NCBI GenBank assembly: GCA_964016885.1
Contig: OZ024746.1
Coordinates: 97,278,001 to 97,342,000 of the forward strand
Direction: 5' to 3'
Source of the DNA: Eledone cirrhosa
Lineage: Eukaryota
Length of the DNA stretch: 64,000 nt
The first letter of the stretch is position 1. Each line of letters starts with the position of its first letter. Positions 36,984 to 50,611 of the stretch are shown here, one piece after another. The notes under the pieces were generated by a model. That model had not been told where the DNA came from. It was given only the letters and a program-made list of their open reading frames with translations, and made no database searches. Made by a program: the position numbers and the translations under genes.

Positions 36984-37756
36984 TGTAGCCCATTTTCAAG
37001 TGGGTTGGACAACTTTTCATCTTAATCCAGCATTCAAATAATTTGTCTCATTTCTGGATTTGTAATTTTTAGGTATTATTTTTTTTCTTTTACACACACA
37101 CGCGCACACACACATACACACACGCACACGCGCGCACGCACACACACACATGCACACACACACACACAGACTACATTGAGCCAGACGCATAAACACACTG
37201 TAATTCTATAACACGTGTGCTAAAATTTTGAAAAACCTTTGCATTAATTATCCATTTTCTTGTTTGCAATTCATTTGTAGTGAATTTCTCACTAAAACTC
37301 ATGTTGAATATTCAATGAACCCACAGAAGTATTCCCAATGTTTTCACTCCTCATGTCATAAATTATTAAACATCTGATGCATTCATCATATAATCTCTCC
37401 TTTAGAAAAATAATCTATTTGAGAAGAACAGAGGCAAGACTTAGTTAAACATGTTCCCACAATCTTTTAATCTAAACATTTTACTCCCATGAGATGCCCT
37501 TCCAATTCCAATTAGATAGAACTGCCACAAATAATATATTTGGTTAGTTAACATTCTTCAAATAATCAGAGATGACACTGGTTTCTTCTACTTCAGGCTA
37601 ATTGTTAAAAATTCCCTACATTTTATATGCATCAGTTGATTACATCAGTTGCAGTTGATTTTTGTTTTTTCCCTAATCCCTACATCCATAACTTAGCTAT
37701 TCCTCAGTTGCTATAAATTTTCAGAAACACTCACTTCCTACATTACATTTTGACAT

Positions 37757-38341
37757 AGCATTTACATTACTCTATATATACTATTATATTTTCGTAGTAA
37801 AGGCTTTATCTCACATAATTATCTCTCATAATCTCACAGGAGATGACACATGACCAGGATCTCTGGCGATATGTGGTAATACAGATGACCCGACTTCCCA
37901 TGAACACAAGCTGAAGCATATGTACAGTATGCCTCGCCCACAACAGCCCCCTCAAACCCTCTCCCCCAGTCCACACTGTAAAGTGGATGTGTAAAAGACA
38001 TGACGAAAAGCACCCATCCCACACTGTAAATGTGGTTGGCGTTAGGAAGGGCATCCTGGCATAGAAAACCAGTCAGAAACACCCCTATTTGAGTGAGACA
38101 CTGTCAGCCAACACAACTTGCCTTGAAATAGAACCCGTCTAACCCATGTTAGTATGGAAGATGGATGTTAATCGATGATGATGATGAACTATCTCACATA
38201 ATATTGAATCTTTGAGATTTTGATATTATTTATTTTGAGAATAATACCTTAACATCAGTATGAGCAGCTGGTTACGGCCAGTTTCAATAGAAAGAGGTGA
38301 GAGAATTCTGGCCAGATACAGCTGGTTTAAATGCTAAAGGG
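37757..38341 (+). mobile_element. P1 MITE interrupted by an RTE 3'-UTR insertion (about 37838-38186)
   Basis: The MITE body resumes with tatctcacataat after (GAT)n and ends GCTAAAGGG|TTAA. Confidence 0.8.
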
Positions 38342-38830
38342 TTAAGGTCTTTTGATTGGAATCAATTCTTCCATGGTTCAAACTATTTCTAAAGTTCATG
38401 GATTTACTTTTGAGATTTTTTTCATCACACAGCAGAAACAATATATTTCTTCATTTTTCCTCTATTCTATATCACATGCTATATACAGTAGTACGACATG
38501 TGATATAGCCATATTTTTAACTCTACATAATATATCTGCACAGTCTACATCTACATCACTATTGTTATAGTATATTCTCTTTAGAGCCTAGCTTCTCTCA
38601 CAGCAGTACAGTGCTACCTTTGTGCTGCTATTTGAGTGTGTAGACAATGGTGTAAAATTTGAAGGGCATCATAACATGACATCTTGTCTAACCTATGTAA
38701 GCATGATAAATAAGAGATACACTCAAGAGGTTTTGAGATTTTATCAGAGAGACATTTATTTAACTCAGATCAACACAAAACTCTAGTCTCCCTCAAAGTA
38801 GTATCATCCAATGTAAAATGATGATGACAA

Positions 38831-38882
<52 letters not shown>

Positions 38883-39284
38883 TCGTCTCCCGACCATTCC
38901 CATATCGAATGGAACAAAACCGTATAACCTATGCTAGCGTGGAAGATGGACGTTAAACGATGATGATGATAACGATGATGATGATAAAGATGATGATGAT
39001 ATATATTGATTGCTAGATAAATTAACTATGGAGATATAAAAGATACAGAAGCGAAAACCAACCCAAACCAAACAGTGGGTGTGTTCTGTTATTATTTCTG
39101 GCAATATTATAACAATATATATATACCAGAATCACTGCTGAAACTGAGTTTCAGAAGATCCCGTTAAGGAGCGATTCTTTGCTTAAACTTTAATTTGTTC
39201 TTATAATAAATATTTTCTCTACGGGTTTATATATATATAATCCTCATCGAGCCCTCTTCGGATTTTAGTCTTCACATTTATTAT

Positions 39285-39321
<37 letters not shown>

Positions 39322-39588
39322 CACACACACAAATATGAGGTATCAAGATATATCAGATATGTTTGGTTTTGTTCTTCTCAATAAGAAAGCTCAATACACT
39401 ATGTGCAGAGCAATAATAATTCAAAATTAAAAGATATATGTATATATAGAGAATTATATATATATATATATATAAAATGAAATTTCATTTCTCACTCTTA
39501 GTACGGCTAATGTATATGTATATGTATATGTATATATATATATATAAAGGTTTACATATATATATGGTGATTCTATAGACATGTTTTA

Positions 39589-39636
<48 letters not shown>

Positions 39637-39640
<4 letters not shown>

Positions 39641-39992
39641 ATACTTTGGGAGGGTCATGGTGCCATGTGAATAAACAAATATAAACACACACAGACACCT
39701 GGATGTAACACATGCGCAAACTAAGCACACAACACACACAAAAACAAGATGGCGTAGGACAGAACAAAGGAGAGGCACAAAAACAAATAAAAGAATCCCC
39801 AGTCACTGAAGTGGTCACAGAATGTGTGACGAAAGAACTTTGACAATATATGAACAATCGTCTGGTTGTGGAACCAACCAACCGGAAATTTATAAATTCC
39901 TAAATTTATAAATTTAATTTATAATAAATCGAAGTGAAAGCAACTGGTGCATGTGTTTCTTATTGGCAACATGACACTCCCAAAGTATAACA
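39637..39992 (+). mobile_element. 356-bp element with ~30-bp terminal inverted repeats and an internal hammerhead
   Basis: tgttatactttgggagggtcatggtgcca / tggcaacatgacactcccaaagtataaca; adjacent to (TA)n. Confidence 0.8.
39802..39844 (+). ncRNA. Hammerhead candidate (H7), core variant CTGAAGT
   Basis: gtca CTGAAGT g-gtcaca-gaatg-tgtgac GAAA gaac TT tgac. Confidence 0.5.
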
Positions 39993-40054
39993 ATATCGGT
40001 TTCAACACACGTTTTCAGATCTTGCTAAACAAATTCAGAAACAAAATATATATA

Positions 40055-40101
<47 letters not shown>

Positions 40102-40132
40102 ACATACATACATACATACATACATACATACA

Positions 40133-40205
<73 letters not shown>

Positions 40206-40207
<2 letters not shown>

Positions 40208-40527
40208 ACGCACATGGCTTAGTGGTTAGAGCATTGGCCTTGCAATCGAAAGGTTGTGAGTTCAATTCTCAGACCGGGTGATGTGTTGTTTCCTTGAGCA
40301 AGACACTTTCTTTCACATTGCTCCAGTTTACTCAGCTGTAGAAATGAGATGATAGGACTGGGGTGGTCATGGAGGTGCCACAGCAAAAAAGCACCCAGCA
40401 CTCACTGTAAATGAAGTTGGTTTCAGGAAGGGCATCCAGCTGTAGAAATCAAGCCAGAATCAGTTCTCGTCCCACCCTTGCAAGCAGGGAAAAGCGGACG
40501 TAAAGTGATGATGATGATGATGATGAT
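40206..40527 (+). mobile_element. SINE family A
   Basis: tRNA head through (GAT)n tail, with a small internal deletion. Confidence 0.92.
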
Positions 40528-40809
40528 ATATATATAATTTTTGTCTACATCTTTCCAAAAGGAAAATTATTTCTTCTTCCTTCTTTATAAAGTATGTATC
40601 CTTCCCTATATCAAAATTAATGACAATAGATTCATTAATGACAAGATTCCATTTATTATTTGGGCAATTTTTTTCTTTTCTGTCATTTCATAAATAAACA
40701 AACACACACACATGCATAGAAGCAAATTATGGAATCAATATGCTTCAAATTAAACCTAGTAAATACTAAAGTTTTATAGTATGAAAAAGGATAAGACCCT
40801 GCTATCATC

Positions 40810-41645
40810 AAGGAAATTGCCATGATCATTGTGTAGAAAAGGAGTATATAGGAATTACTTACAGTGTATCCAGTGTAGACTGTGGACACACAAGAGATAA
40901 GATGGATCTCAGTAGACTGAGAGGAAGAGTGCAGACTTCATATGTGGCAAATACATGAGTAGTCCAGAAAGAGGTTACTGAAAACATAAACTTCCCCATG
41001 TGTTCAGAATGCTTATTATAAGTGGTAAGAATTGTTTCTATTGAGGTTTTATTAATAGTGAAATTTGATGTACCCCAAAGTGTTATAGTCAGAATGAGTA
41101 GAGTGAAGAAGTTTAAGGAGCCTTTAACTCTACTGGCAACAAAAGGCTTCTCTCTCAGAGTGAAGAGCAGGTTATATAATGCATGTGTTTGAACTTCTAT
41201 GCTGCATGATAGTGAAATGAGGGTTTTGACCACAGAAGATTTGCAGAACTTCTATGCTGCATGGTAGTGGAACAAGGGTTGTGACAACAGAAGATTTGCC
41301 ACAGTTAAAAAGAGATAAAGTATATAAACTTTGATAGATGTGTATAGTTGGAGCAGAAATATTGAAGTGAAAATTTTAGTACAAGAGCAACTGAGTGCAG
41401 TGTACAAGAGAGACAATTGTACTGGTATGGGCAGCAGTTGCAAGGGGAGGAGAGCAAGACTTGTATATAAGGTGTCAAGCACTTGAAGTGGATAGGACTT
41501 GTGAAAGAGAGAGACCAGGGAAGACATGGGGTGGAACTATTAAGAATAACCTCACAAAATAGGAGCTTGTGAAGAAGATGACATAGGATTGAGTTAATTA
41601 GTGATATGCCTTAATACAAACGAATTGTCCACCATTACAAGCACT
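40810..41645 (+). mobile_element. Old RTE relic, also showing the Cys-rich finger region
   Basis: CRKGV..QCIQCRLWTHKR and KKFKEPLTLLATKGFSLRVKSRLYNACV; many stops. Confidence 0.75.
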
Positions 41646-42088
41646 GTGACACAAAAAATAAATGTGGAGAAATACTGAAGGCAACAGTATTTGACAATTG
41701 AATGGAGACAATGTATGGTATGAGAGAATGTTTCAGTCTGGTCTAGAATATAACCTCTCTAGTACTGGTGTCACAATAAGATGCACCCAATCGACTCTGT
41801 AAAGTGGTAGTGCTGGTGTCACGAAAGTGCAACCAGTACAACTTATAAGTTGTTGGCATAGTTGTTGCCAAATATGGAACATAAGATGCAAGATGGGTTG
41901 CTCTGACCCATTTGTTCTCAGACCCTGACGGCTTGTCCAAAATATGCTAGTATAGAAAGTGAACATAAAATTATGATGATGATAGACACACACACATATA
42001 TATATGCATACACACATACATATGGATACACTCATATGCACTTACACACATCTATGCACACATGTACATATATACATACATATATATA

Positions 42089-42160
<72 letters not shown>

Positions 42161-44529
42161 TATATATATGTATACACACATATACATATATAATATGATT
42201 GGTTCGTATTATTACATAATGGTAATATTTCCAATAATGGATGATCTAAATTTGTCAACTTTTCTGGCACAGATCTCATGGAAACTGCATCCAGGCTGTA
42301 TAAATTCTATGAATAGAGAAAGAGAAGAGTTGAAAAATCAATGGCTTAGAAATTATTTCCCAAGAGCATGCAAGACACAATATTCTACAGGAATCAATAA
42401 TTTCTGAAGACTTTTTTTTCTGAAGCCATTATTTATTTAACTAAAAGTAAATTGAAATGTGATTTCAATTAGCAACATGTCACTTCTTCAATCCTGAATA
42501 AGAAATATTTTCTTATCTTTCAAAATCATGAAATATATAATATAAATGAAGAAACTTATATATATCATTCTGTCTCTTGTTGAAAAATATCTATAAAATT
42601 CTCTTTAATCATATTCAACATTACAAACTTATATTCTTAAGAAGATTTGGAGTAGCTTATTTTGAATTTATAGTTCAATTTGTTAGATTTTGATAGCTTA
42701 AAAAAATTTGAAACAATATTCCTTACTACTCTAGCTTTAATGGAACTATATTATATAGATGACAAGAAAAATGAAAGATATAAAATGAACAGTTATTTTG
42801 TCATCAGCTCTGAACTTATAGTTACACATCTCCAGAAAGTTTAATATCATAAATATTTGAGAAGCACAACTATTTGAAATTAAAATGTTTCCTTGCCCAA
42901 TATTTTTATTCAGTACACTTTGAAGATTGTTTAGAGAAAGTTGAAGTTAAACATTATATTTCATAGAACTGATATGGCTTTATGTAATTTTTATACCTAA
43001 TATCGAACATAAACCATGGTTTGAAAAGCCAAAAAATAATAACACTTTGTGATGAAAACTGAAAACAAAAGAATTAAAATAAAAAAACAAAATAAAAATA
43101 CAAGGTTAAAAATGAACATTGTAAAATAATGAAACACATTGACTCAAAAATAAATATTTAACAGTAAAAATGATATACAAAAAATAAATTTGTTGAAAAA
43201 TAGCATACATTAAAAAAAAGATTGTTGAAAACTGTTGAAAATATATACATTGACAGATTTGATAGACAAATATATTTCATGGAGTGACTAAGGTAATATG
43301 TTTTTTGAAGAACATTTATATATAAAGATTGCATATATGTTCCTTATTCAAACAAATAAAACATAAAAAGTAAGTCAATATAAAATATAATGAATTATAG
43401 AAGATGAGATTAATTTCCCATAACAAAAGTTATTGTAGAATTGAAGCTACCATGCAGATTTTAAAACACACCTGATAATAGCAAATATGTGTCAAAGTGA
43501 ATAAATTCATTTGAAATTATTTTTACATGTTTTTTGTCCTGAAAGATATTTTTTTTATATTTTAAAGATAATATTCTGATATTTTGTCAGCATGCACCTT
43601 AAAATTATTCATAACTCTTGATCCCAAAATTCTAAAATATCTAAATTTTTTTTCCAATATTATTCATTCCTACATCGTGAGAAATAATGGTACATTCATG
43701 ACACACTAATGATCCCCCAAACTAGGTTTCTTTTTTGCCATTCCTTTTAGAACATGCAAGTTTTTAGACTGGGCATTTTGATATCAACCCACCTGAAATT
43801 GTCTCATGATATATGTTACAAAGCCTTCAATATTTATATTCCATCATAATTGCATATAAAAAAACTTTCCTTTTGGTTATTTTACTGAAATCTTCTGAAT
43901 TCTTCATTATTTTCAAAATCAATTGAAACACATAGGCTATGTATTTCATTAGAAATATGTCGATAAAAAGATTTAAAACACTTTATAGAGACTCCTGCAG
44001 TAAATATGGTCCTCTCAGTCAATTAGAAATTTTGGCTTCTGTAAAAATTGTAATAACTGCTTCACTATGTATGTTGGAATATTTTTCTAAAGGTTACAAA
44101 AGTAAAACAGACATAATATATGCGTATTTGCTATGTTGTCTAAACATTTTTGACCATTTTTATACCAGACTGCATCTGATTCTACAACACTAAGCTTTAT
44201 ATTTATCTAAAAAACACCTATCTTAAATTTTGGTCACTCACAGCATGCTGAAGTTTAAGTATATTTGTCATGAAAAGATCTGTTTTAATGAAACAGTTCA
44301 CTACAGCATCCCATTATATTTTAAGTTCCAAACCCACAGATAATTAGAATCAATCAGAGAAAGTGTGAGGATTAAAGTGATTACTCTCACTTAAAAGAGA
44401 CAGTGGAACAGTCTCATCATCATCATCGTTTTACATCCATTCTTTCATGCTAGCATGGGTTACACAAGTTGTCCTGTTGTGGGTATGCTAGGTCAGGTGA
44501 CCATGTCTTGCTGGATGCCCTTCCTAACA

Positions 44530-44733
44530 ACCACTTTACAGTGTGGGCTGGGTGCTTTTTGTTGTGACACCTACACAACCACTTCACAGTGTGGGCTGGG
44601 TGCTTTTTGTTGTGACACCTACACAACCACTTTACAGTGTGGGCTGGGTGCTTTTTGTTGTGACACCTACACAACCACTTCACAGTGTGGGCTGGGTGCT
44701 TTTTGTCATGACACCTACACAACCACTTTACAA
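44530..44733. repeat. 48-bp unit x4 inside an RTE/SINE tail (44415-44733, minus)
   Basis: accactttacagtgtgggctgggtgctttttgttgtgacacctacaca at 44530, 44578, 44626 and 44674. Confidence 0.9.
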
Positions 44734-45269
44734 TTTCGCTGCTTGTCATAGGCGCTATTTTCCCTAGCTATACCTCTGCTATCAGGTAATTGGTGTCATG
44801 TTTCAAAGAAGCTAATTGAACTGATAATGATGTTAGCTGTAAAGGAGAGTTTTAAAAAGAAATAACAGAAATCTTCAATGCGAATTAGTAATCTTCAAAT
44901 ATGTTTTATCCTAAACTAACTTAAACAAATGAATTCATTTTATATTGACTTATTGACAAAATATGATATATGTTTCAGATAATTGGAAAGAAAGAAATAT
45001 CTAAAAGCTAATTATAAACTTATTCAGCAAAACATATGTGATATAATTAACTCTTTAGATACCAACCCACTTATAACTGCTTTTATTTTTTATCATATAT
45101 AACTGCTCATTTGAAAATGTTCGTATTTAAATTAAAACCCTCCTTCCACTATAATTTAATGTAAAATCTTTTTGTTAAGTAATATTTCAATCACTAAATT
45201 CCTCCAAATTCTTCAAATTAAATTGAAACAGAAAGGCTATGTAATTCAATAGAAATAAGGGTTACTGGT

Positions 45270-45476
45270 TTAGACACAAGGCCAACAATTTTGGGGAGAG
45301 AGAAAAGTCAATTAAATCAACTCCAGTACATTACTGGTACTTTATTTTATCAACCCTGTAAGGATGAAAGGCAAAGCTAACCATAGCACAATTTGAACTC
45401 AGAACGTAAAGGTCTGTAACTCTATGCTGCAAAGCATGTTGTCTGATGCTCTAATGATACTGCCAATCCACCGCTC
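45270..45476 (-). mobile_element. SINE family B
   Basis: Homologous to 34022-34212. Confidence 0.8.
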
Positions 45477-46745
45477 TTAGTTAAATAGAAATAATGTAAC
45501 AAATAAATTAAGTATCTGAATCTCTAGTTATGGTACTATTTTGATGTCTTTATAGTAGATTTAAAAAAATAAACTGTATATTAACAATTAAACTGAAATT
45601 TCTGAATCAATGGAAGATAATTTTCAAGCATAAATATTTAAAGAAATGATAGCATCAGTGAATTTCCCTGAGCAGCCATGACAAAATTCCTATTTGTATA
45701 GTCAGAAGGTGTGAAAATTATTTTATCCAAAAGTAAAAAAAGTTCTCTGAAAGTGTATCTGCTCTCTCAGGGTAAAAATAAACCAATAATCTAAATGGAA
45801 CTTCAAAAGAATAAAATGTTATGATCGATAACAATAACATATGTAGATGTAATAAATAGGTTGTGTTACAAAGAAAACATGAATTGCTACCCTCAGTACT
45901 AAATAATATGGTTTTAATTGTTGATGGTGACTAAGAAAAAAGTTCTTTTGAGTTTTTATAGGGCTTTCTCATTGTGTTTATGATACATTGTGATAATATA
46001 TTGCAATTAAACAATGGGAAATGAAAGATCTACATTAAAGTGTATTAAACTGTTATGGATAATTTTAAGCTCAAAAGTAGTTTAACTTTGATTAAATATA
46101 TTTATAAAGAATTAATCTATAATAGAGGACATTATAATGAAAATAGATTCAGAGCTGGTATTTGAACCTAGATATTTATAACAAAAGAAATATATCAGGA
46201 TTAAAAATACAAAAATAGCTGGTATATGTTGGTTTAGATTAGAAAAGAACATTGTCAAAGACTAGATAACAAAATTAGCCAAATTATCTAAAATATGTTA
46301 GTTTGGGACAAAAAATTTATTTAACAAATTTCTGCTCAAAGATCAACAAGTTATAACACATCTCTTGAAAATAACTGACCAGAAAAAAAAACTGAGCAGT
46401 AAACAGCAATGAGTATCAGTGGTTTTAGTTTTAACATTTTCCAAAGGGAAAAAAAGCTTCAATTTCAAATGGTGTATAAAAATATATGAAATATAATTCT
46501 TTTTATCATGAAATAGTTTGAAAAATGGTTGACATAAATGTACCCATACAATATTAAAATAAAAATATAAGACATATTTTTCTGCAATGTATGATAATGA
46601 TATCACATAACATTATAAAACAAAATAAATTATTAACACTTTCCAACAAAGCAAGTATCATCTTCATAGTTGATCCAACAAGTGTAGAGCTTTTCAATTA
46701 AAAGTAAAACTAATTTACAATGAAATCAATATTGGTTTCATTTAG

Positions 46746-46889
46746 CTAAAAAGATAATTCACAGCCTGCAACAACAAAAGGAATGTGGGAAAATTGCCAT
46801 TTCAAGAAAAATATTTACAATGAGGTCGTTTTCATTTGAAAACTTTGAAGACACAGTGTGGAAATATAACAATCTGACACCATTAACAG
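46746..46889 (+). CDS. Candidate 144-nt phase-1/1 exon
   Basis: ggtttcatttag| open frame KKIIHSLQQQKECGKIAISRKIFTMRSFSFENFEDTVWKYNNLTPLT |GTAACA; no homology recognised. Confidence 0.2.
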
Positions 46890-49800
46890 GTAACAAAAGG
46901 GTCGAATATTCTGAAAAACTATCAATAAAAGTTTTAGAGCAAATATTAAAAAATTCTTGTTGAGTTTTAGAAATCTGAAGATTAAATTGAGTCTTGAATA
47001 GTTATGAATGTTTTCTAAAGATATTGAAATTATATGGAACGATTTTAATCATTTTACTCTAACAATTACTCAAACCATTACCGCTGCATGCTAGGGCCAG
47101 AGCCCAACCACCCTCGCCATCTCTTCCCCTCCATCTCCCCATTCTTTTCCGTTTTTTTTAAGTATTTTTTTTTTTATTTTACATTCCATTCTTTCTTCTC
47201 AATCTTAATTTTATTTTTTATTTTTCTATTAAATTGTATTTACATGATATATTCCATAAGTAAAATAAAGTATATATTAAGAAACAATTGATAGCTCACA
47301 AATATTTGTATTGGATATACATGTGTATTGTTCATTAATAAATTTCTAAGTTGTTAATAAGAGAGATGAGAAGAGAAAAGAGAGGAGCTGGTATATATGA
47401 AAGCAATTTAAGAAATTAATATATATTTTGACTATAGAAACTCAAAATAGTTTCATCAAAAGAGTCAATGTACAGAAAACCTGAATTATTTCTTCAGTCT
47501 ATAAAAATTGATGCTTATTCTAAATCTTACAATACTCATAATTGTGTCCTTTATGAGGCAATGTTTCAGGGCTGGTTGTACTTCCTGGCACCAACTCTTT
47601 TAATCAGCTCTCATGATGGTTGGCTAATATGTTGAGAGGGGATAAAAGTGAATGAGTGAAAGGAATGATGAAAATGAATGTGGAAGGAAGTAGAGGATGA
47701 GGAAGACCAAGAAAGACATGGTTAAAGATGATGGAGGAGGAAATAAAAGTAGGAGGTTTGATGAGGGGAGGATATAGAGGATAGTGCAACGTGAAAAAGC
47801 TTTTCTTGGGGCCACATAAGGCTAATTCCTGATTTAACAGGGACAATGGCCTTAACTCTTTAGTATTTACATTACTCTATATATACTATTGTATTTTCAC
47901 AAAATATCTCACATAATATTGAATTTATGAGATTTTGATATTTATTTTGAGAACAATGGCTTAACATTGGTATGAGCAGCCGGTTTTGGCTGGTTTGAAC
48001 AGAAAGTTAAAAAAATTTCTTGGTGTTTTGTTGTATTCTAAAAGCAAACTACTAACTACCAATATTGTAAAAACATTTACACATGTGTATTCTGAGTTAA
48101 CCATTTCATAAATTATCCCCAATTCAGCAAAATGTCAGATTATTTCCAACTACTGATTTGGCTATGGGATAATTGATCTCATGTGATAATCAATCTCATA
48201 AATATGGGATAATTGATCTCACGCTTAATAGAAATGAATGAAATCATTAAAAATTTAGATTACTAAATTAAAAAGGTTTGTAGAGTTAAAACATTAAAAC
48301 AATTGATTTTTTTTTTTAATTTTTCCATTATAACTGCCTGACTAAATGTCTTTAATATTATTTAAACTAATTAGAATTATATAAAAAAAATATTTTAATG
48401 CACAAGTGCTTCTTAAAAGCTTCATGCTATCAATGAAAGGATAAAAAACACTTAGTTCACAGTTATTGTGATAGGAATAACAGCTAGCTTTGAAAACAAT
48501 GTCAAATCAAAGATGTACCAAATAAAATGTATAAGAGAATGTGTTAATTAGACTTGCATGTATGTCAGTGAATCATTAGCATGCCATGATTAACATGAAA
48601 TACTCTCACCATTTTTCTTTTCCTCAAGCCTTTCTGGAAACAATGAAAAGTGGAAGTTCAATTACAGAAGTAATGAAGATGTGAGAATATATGTGACATA
48701 TGTAATGTTATATGAGAGAGAGGGGGACAGGGAGAGAGAGAGAAAGGGAGAGAGAAATAAGTGAAGAAAAGGAAAGAGAGAGAGAGTGGGAGAAAGTGAG
48801 AGAGAAAGGAAGAGTGAGAGAAAGGGAGAGAGAAAGAGTGAGAAAAAGGGGGAAAGAGAAAGAGAGAAAAGGAGAGAGAGAGAGAGAAAGAAAGAAAAAG
48901 GGGAAAGAGCGAAGTGACTTAACTATACTAATCACTGGAGAGCGATATCAGAGAAAGTTCTTTTGAGTAACTAATACTCAAAGCTATGGCAATGACACGA
49001 GGAATGTAAAATGAATTAAGTGCCATACTATCTTCTTTGAAACAGATCACTTTACCATTTGTAACATAAAACTTTAGAAAGAGACACAGCCAAATGATTA
49101 TATATTAGTGAGGATGGATAATTGACCTGATCCATTTTATATGATCATAAAAGGATTTAGAAAAATCCTACCCTGCATTAAAATGAGCCACTCCTCAATA
49201 TTGATCAGTCAGTAGTAATTAATGATTGAAAGTAATAGAAATAAGCAGAAGAACCCAGTTACATAAAGGGAGGTTTTAAATAGCAAATAATTGTATGTAT
49301 AAAGAGAGCGAAGGCACTTGACCAAGTGGGGAGCATGTTGGGCTCAGAATCATAAGGTTGTGGGTTTAATTACTTAACTGGGTGATTTATTGTGTCCTTG
49401 AGCAATGCAGTTTAATACACACCGCTTCAGTTGATTTAGCTTAAATTAGAATCAGCAGTAACTCTGTGTTAGCCTTGTGACAGACTGGCATCTAATTCAG
49501 GGAGGAAGCCTTGCACATCCAGCTGCTTAATACCCATGAAACTGGAATAAGCTCTGGGCATCATTTAACTCATGCAAAACTTGAAAAATGGACATAAAAT
49601 GATAATTGTCACTGATAAAGAGACAGAGATGATATAGTGTAGAGACTAATTATGGCGATGGGGCAGATGTTCAACTATTCAGCTAGGGACAGAATAGGAA
49701 ATAGATAGAATGATAGATATATAACAACAAAAAAGAGATAAGCCAGTTTATATGGAGTAGCAAAATGGAAGAAAAAAAAAGGAAAATTCCCTAGAGATTA

Positions 49801-50288
49801 TGCTGGGAATTAGAAATTAACTATATTTGGAAGCGTAGAGTATAAGTTTGCCAATGCTCTACAAATGAAAGCATCATGGGTGTGAAACATTTAGAAATTT
49901 GAAGCATTGTATTAGAATAAATCTAAATTATTCAAAAGAATATTATGTCCAAATCAATATTAGTATGCTTGGTTTCACTAACATTGAAAAGTTGAAAAGA
50001 TGGATCAATTAGAATTAGAGTATAAATAAGATAGGGGAGACTGGTCTCAGTAGAAGGAACATAAATGCTACTTGTACATCTCTGTTACTAGGGAGTAAGA
50101 ACAATTAAAAACATCAAGACAATGAAAGCATCAGGCTTTCACATAGGCCATTTATTTAGCTCAAAAGATTGTTGAGGGAGATATTATATTCCGTCACTGG
50201 TATAGATGGACTAATATAAACTATTACAATTGTAAAATAAATGATGTGCTGGAGAAGAAATATACAAAAGTCATGTATAACAATTTTG

Positions 50289-50490
50289 CATGTGGTTAGA
50301 ATGTCTTCATTACTTCCCCAAATTGAGATATCATAGCTCTGATACTATGGGCATGTGGTTAGAATGTCTTCATTACTTCTCCAAATTGAGATATCATAGC
50401 TCTGATACTATGGGCATGTGGTTAGAATGTCTCAGGAAAGAATTGCTGGACAGATTTTACATGCAAAATCAACTGGCAGGAGACCCATAT
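50289..50490 (+). mobile_element. RTE-D 3' fragment with a 63-bp tandem duplication
   Basis: gcatgtggttagaatgtct... repeated; homologous to 60600-60790. Confidence 0.75.
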
Positions 50491-50611
50491 ATGTAACATT
50501 GAGGTCATATTAATTATATATATGTGAGTCCCGGGTTCAATCAGGGGTAACCACAGTAAGTAAGGTACTCAATACATTAGTAGAGTATATACAAACAATT
50601 AATATAGAAAT

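Noticed and set aside
44530-44733. CRISPR-like regular repeats (also 26222 and 55575)
   Set aside because: Head-to-tail repeats without unique spacers, in a eukaryotic context with no cas genes.
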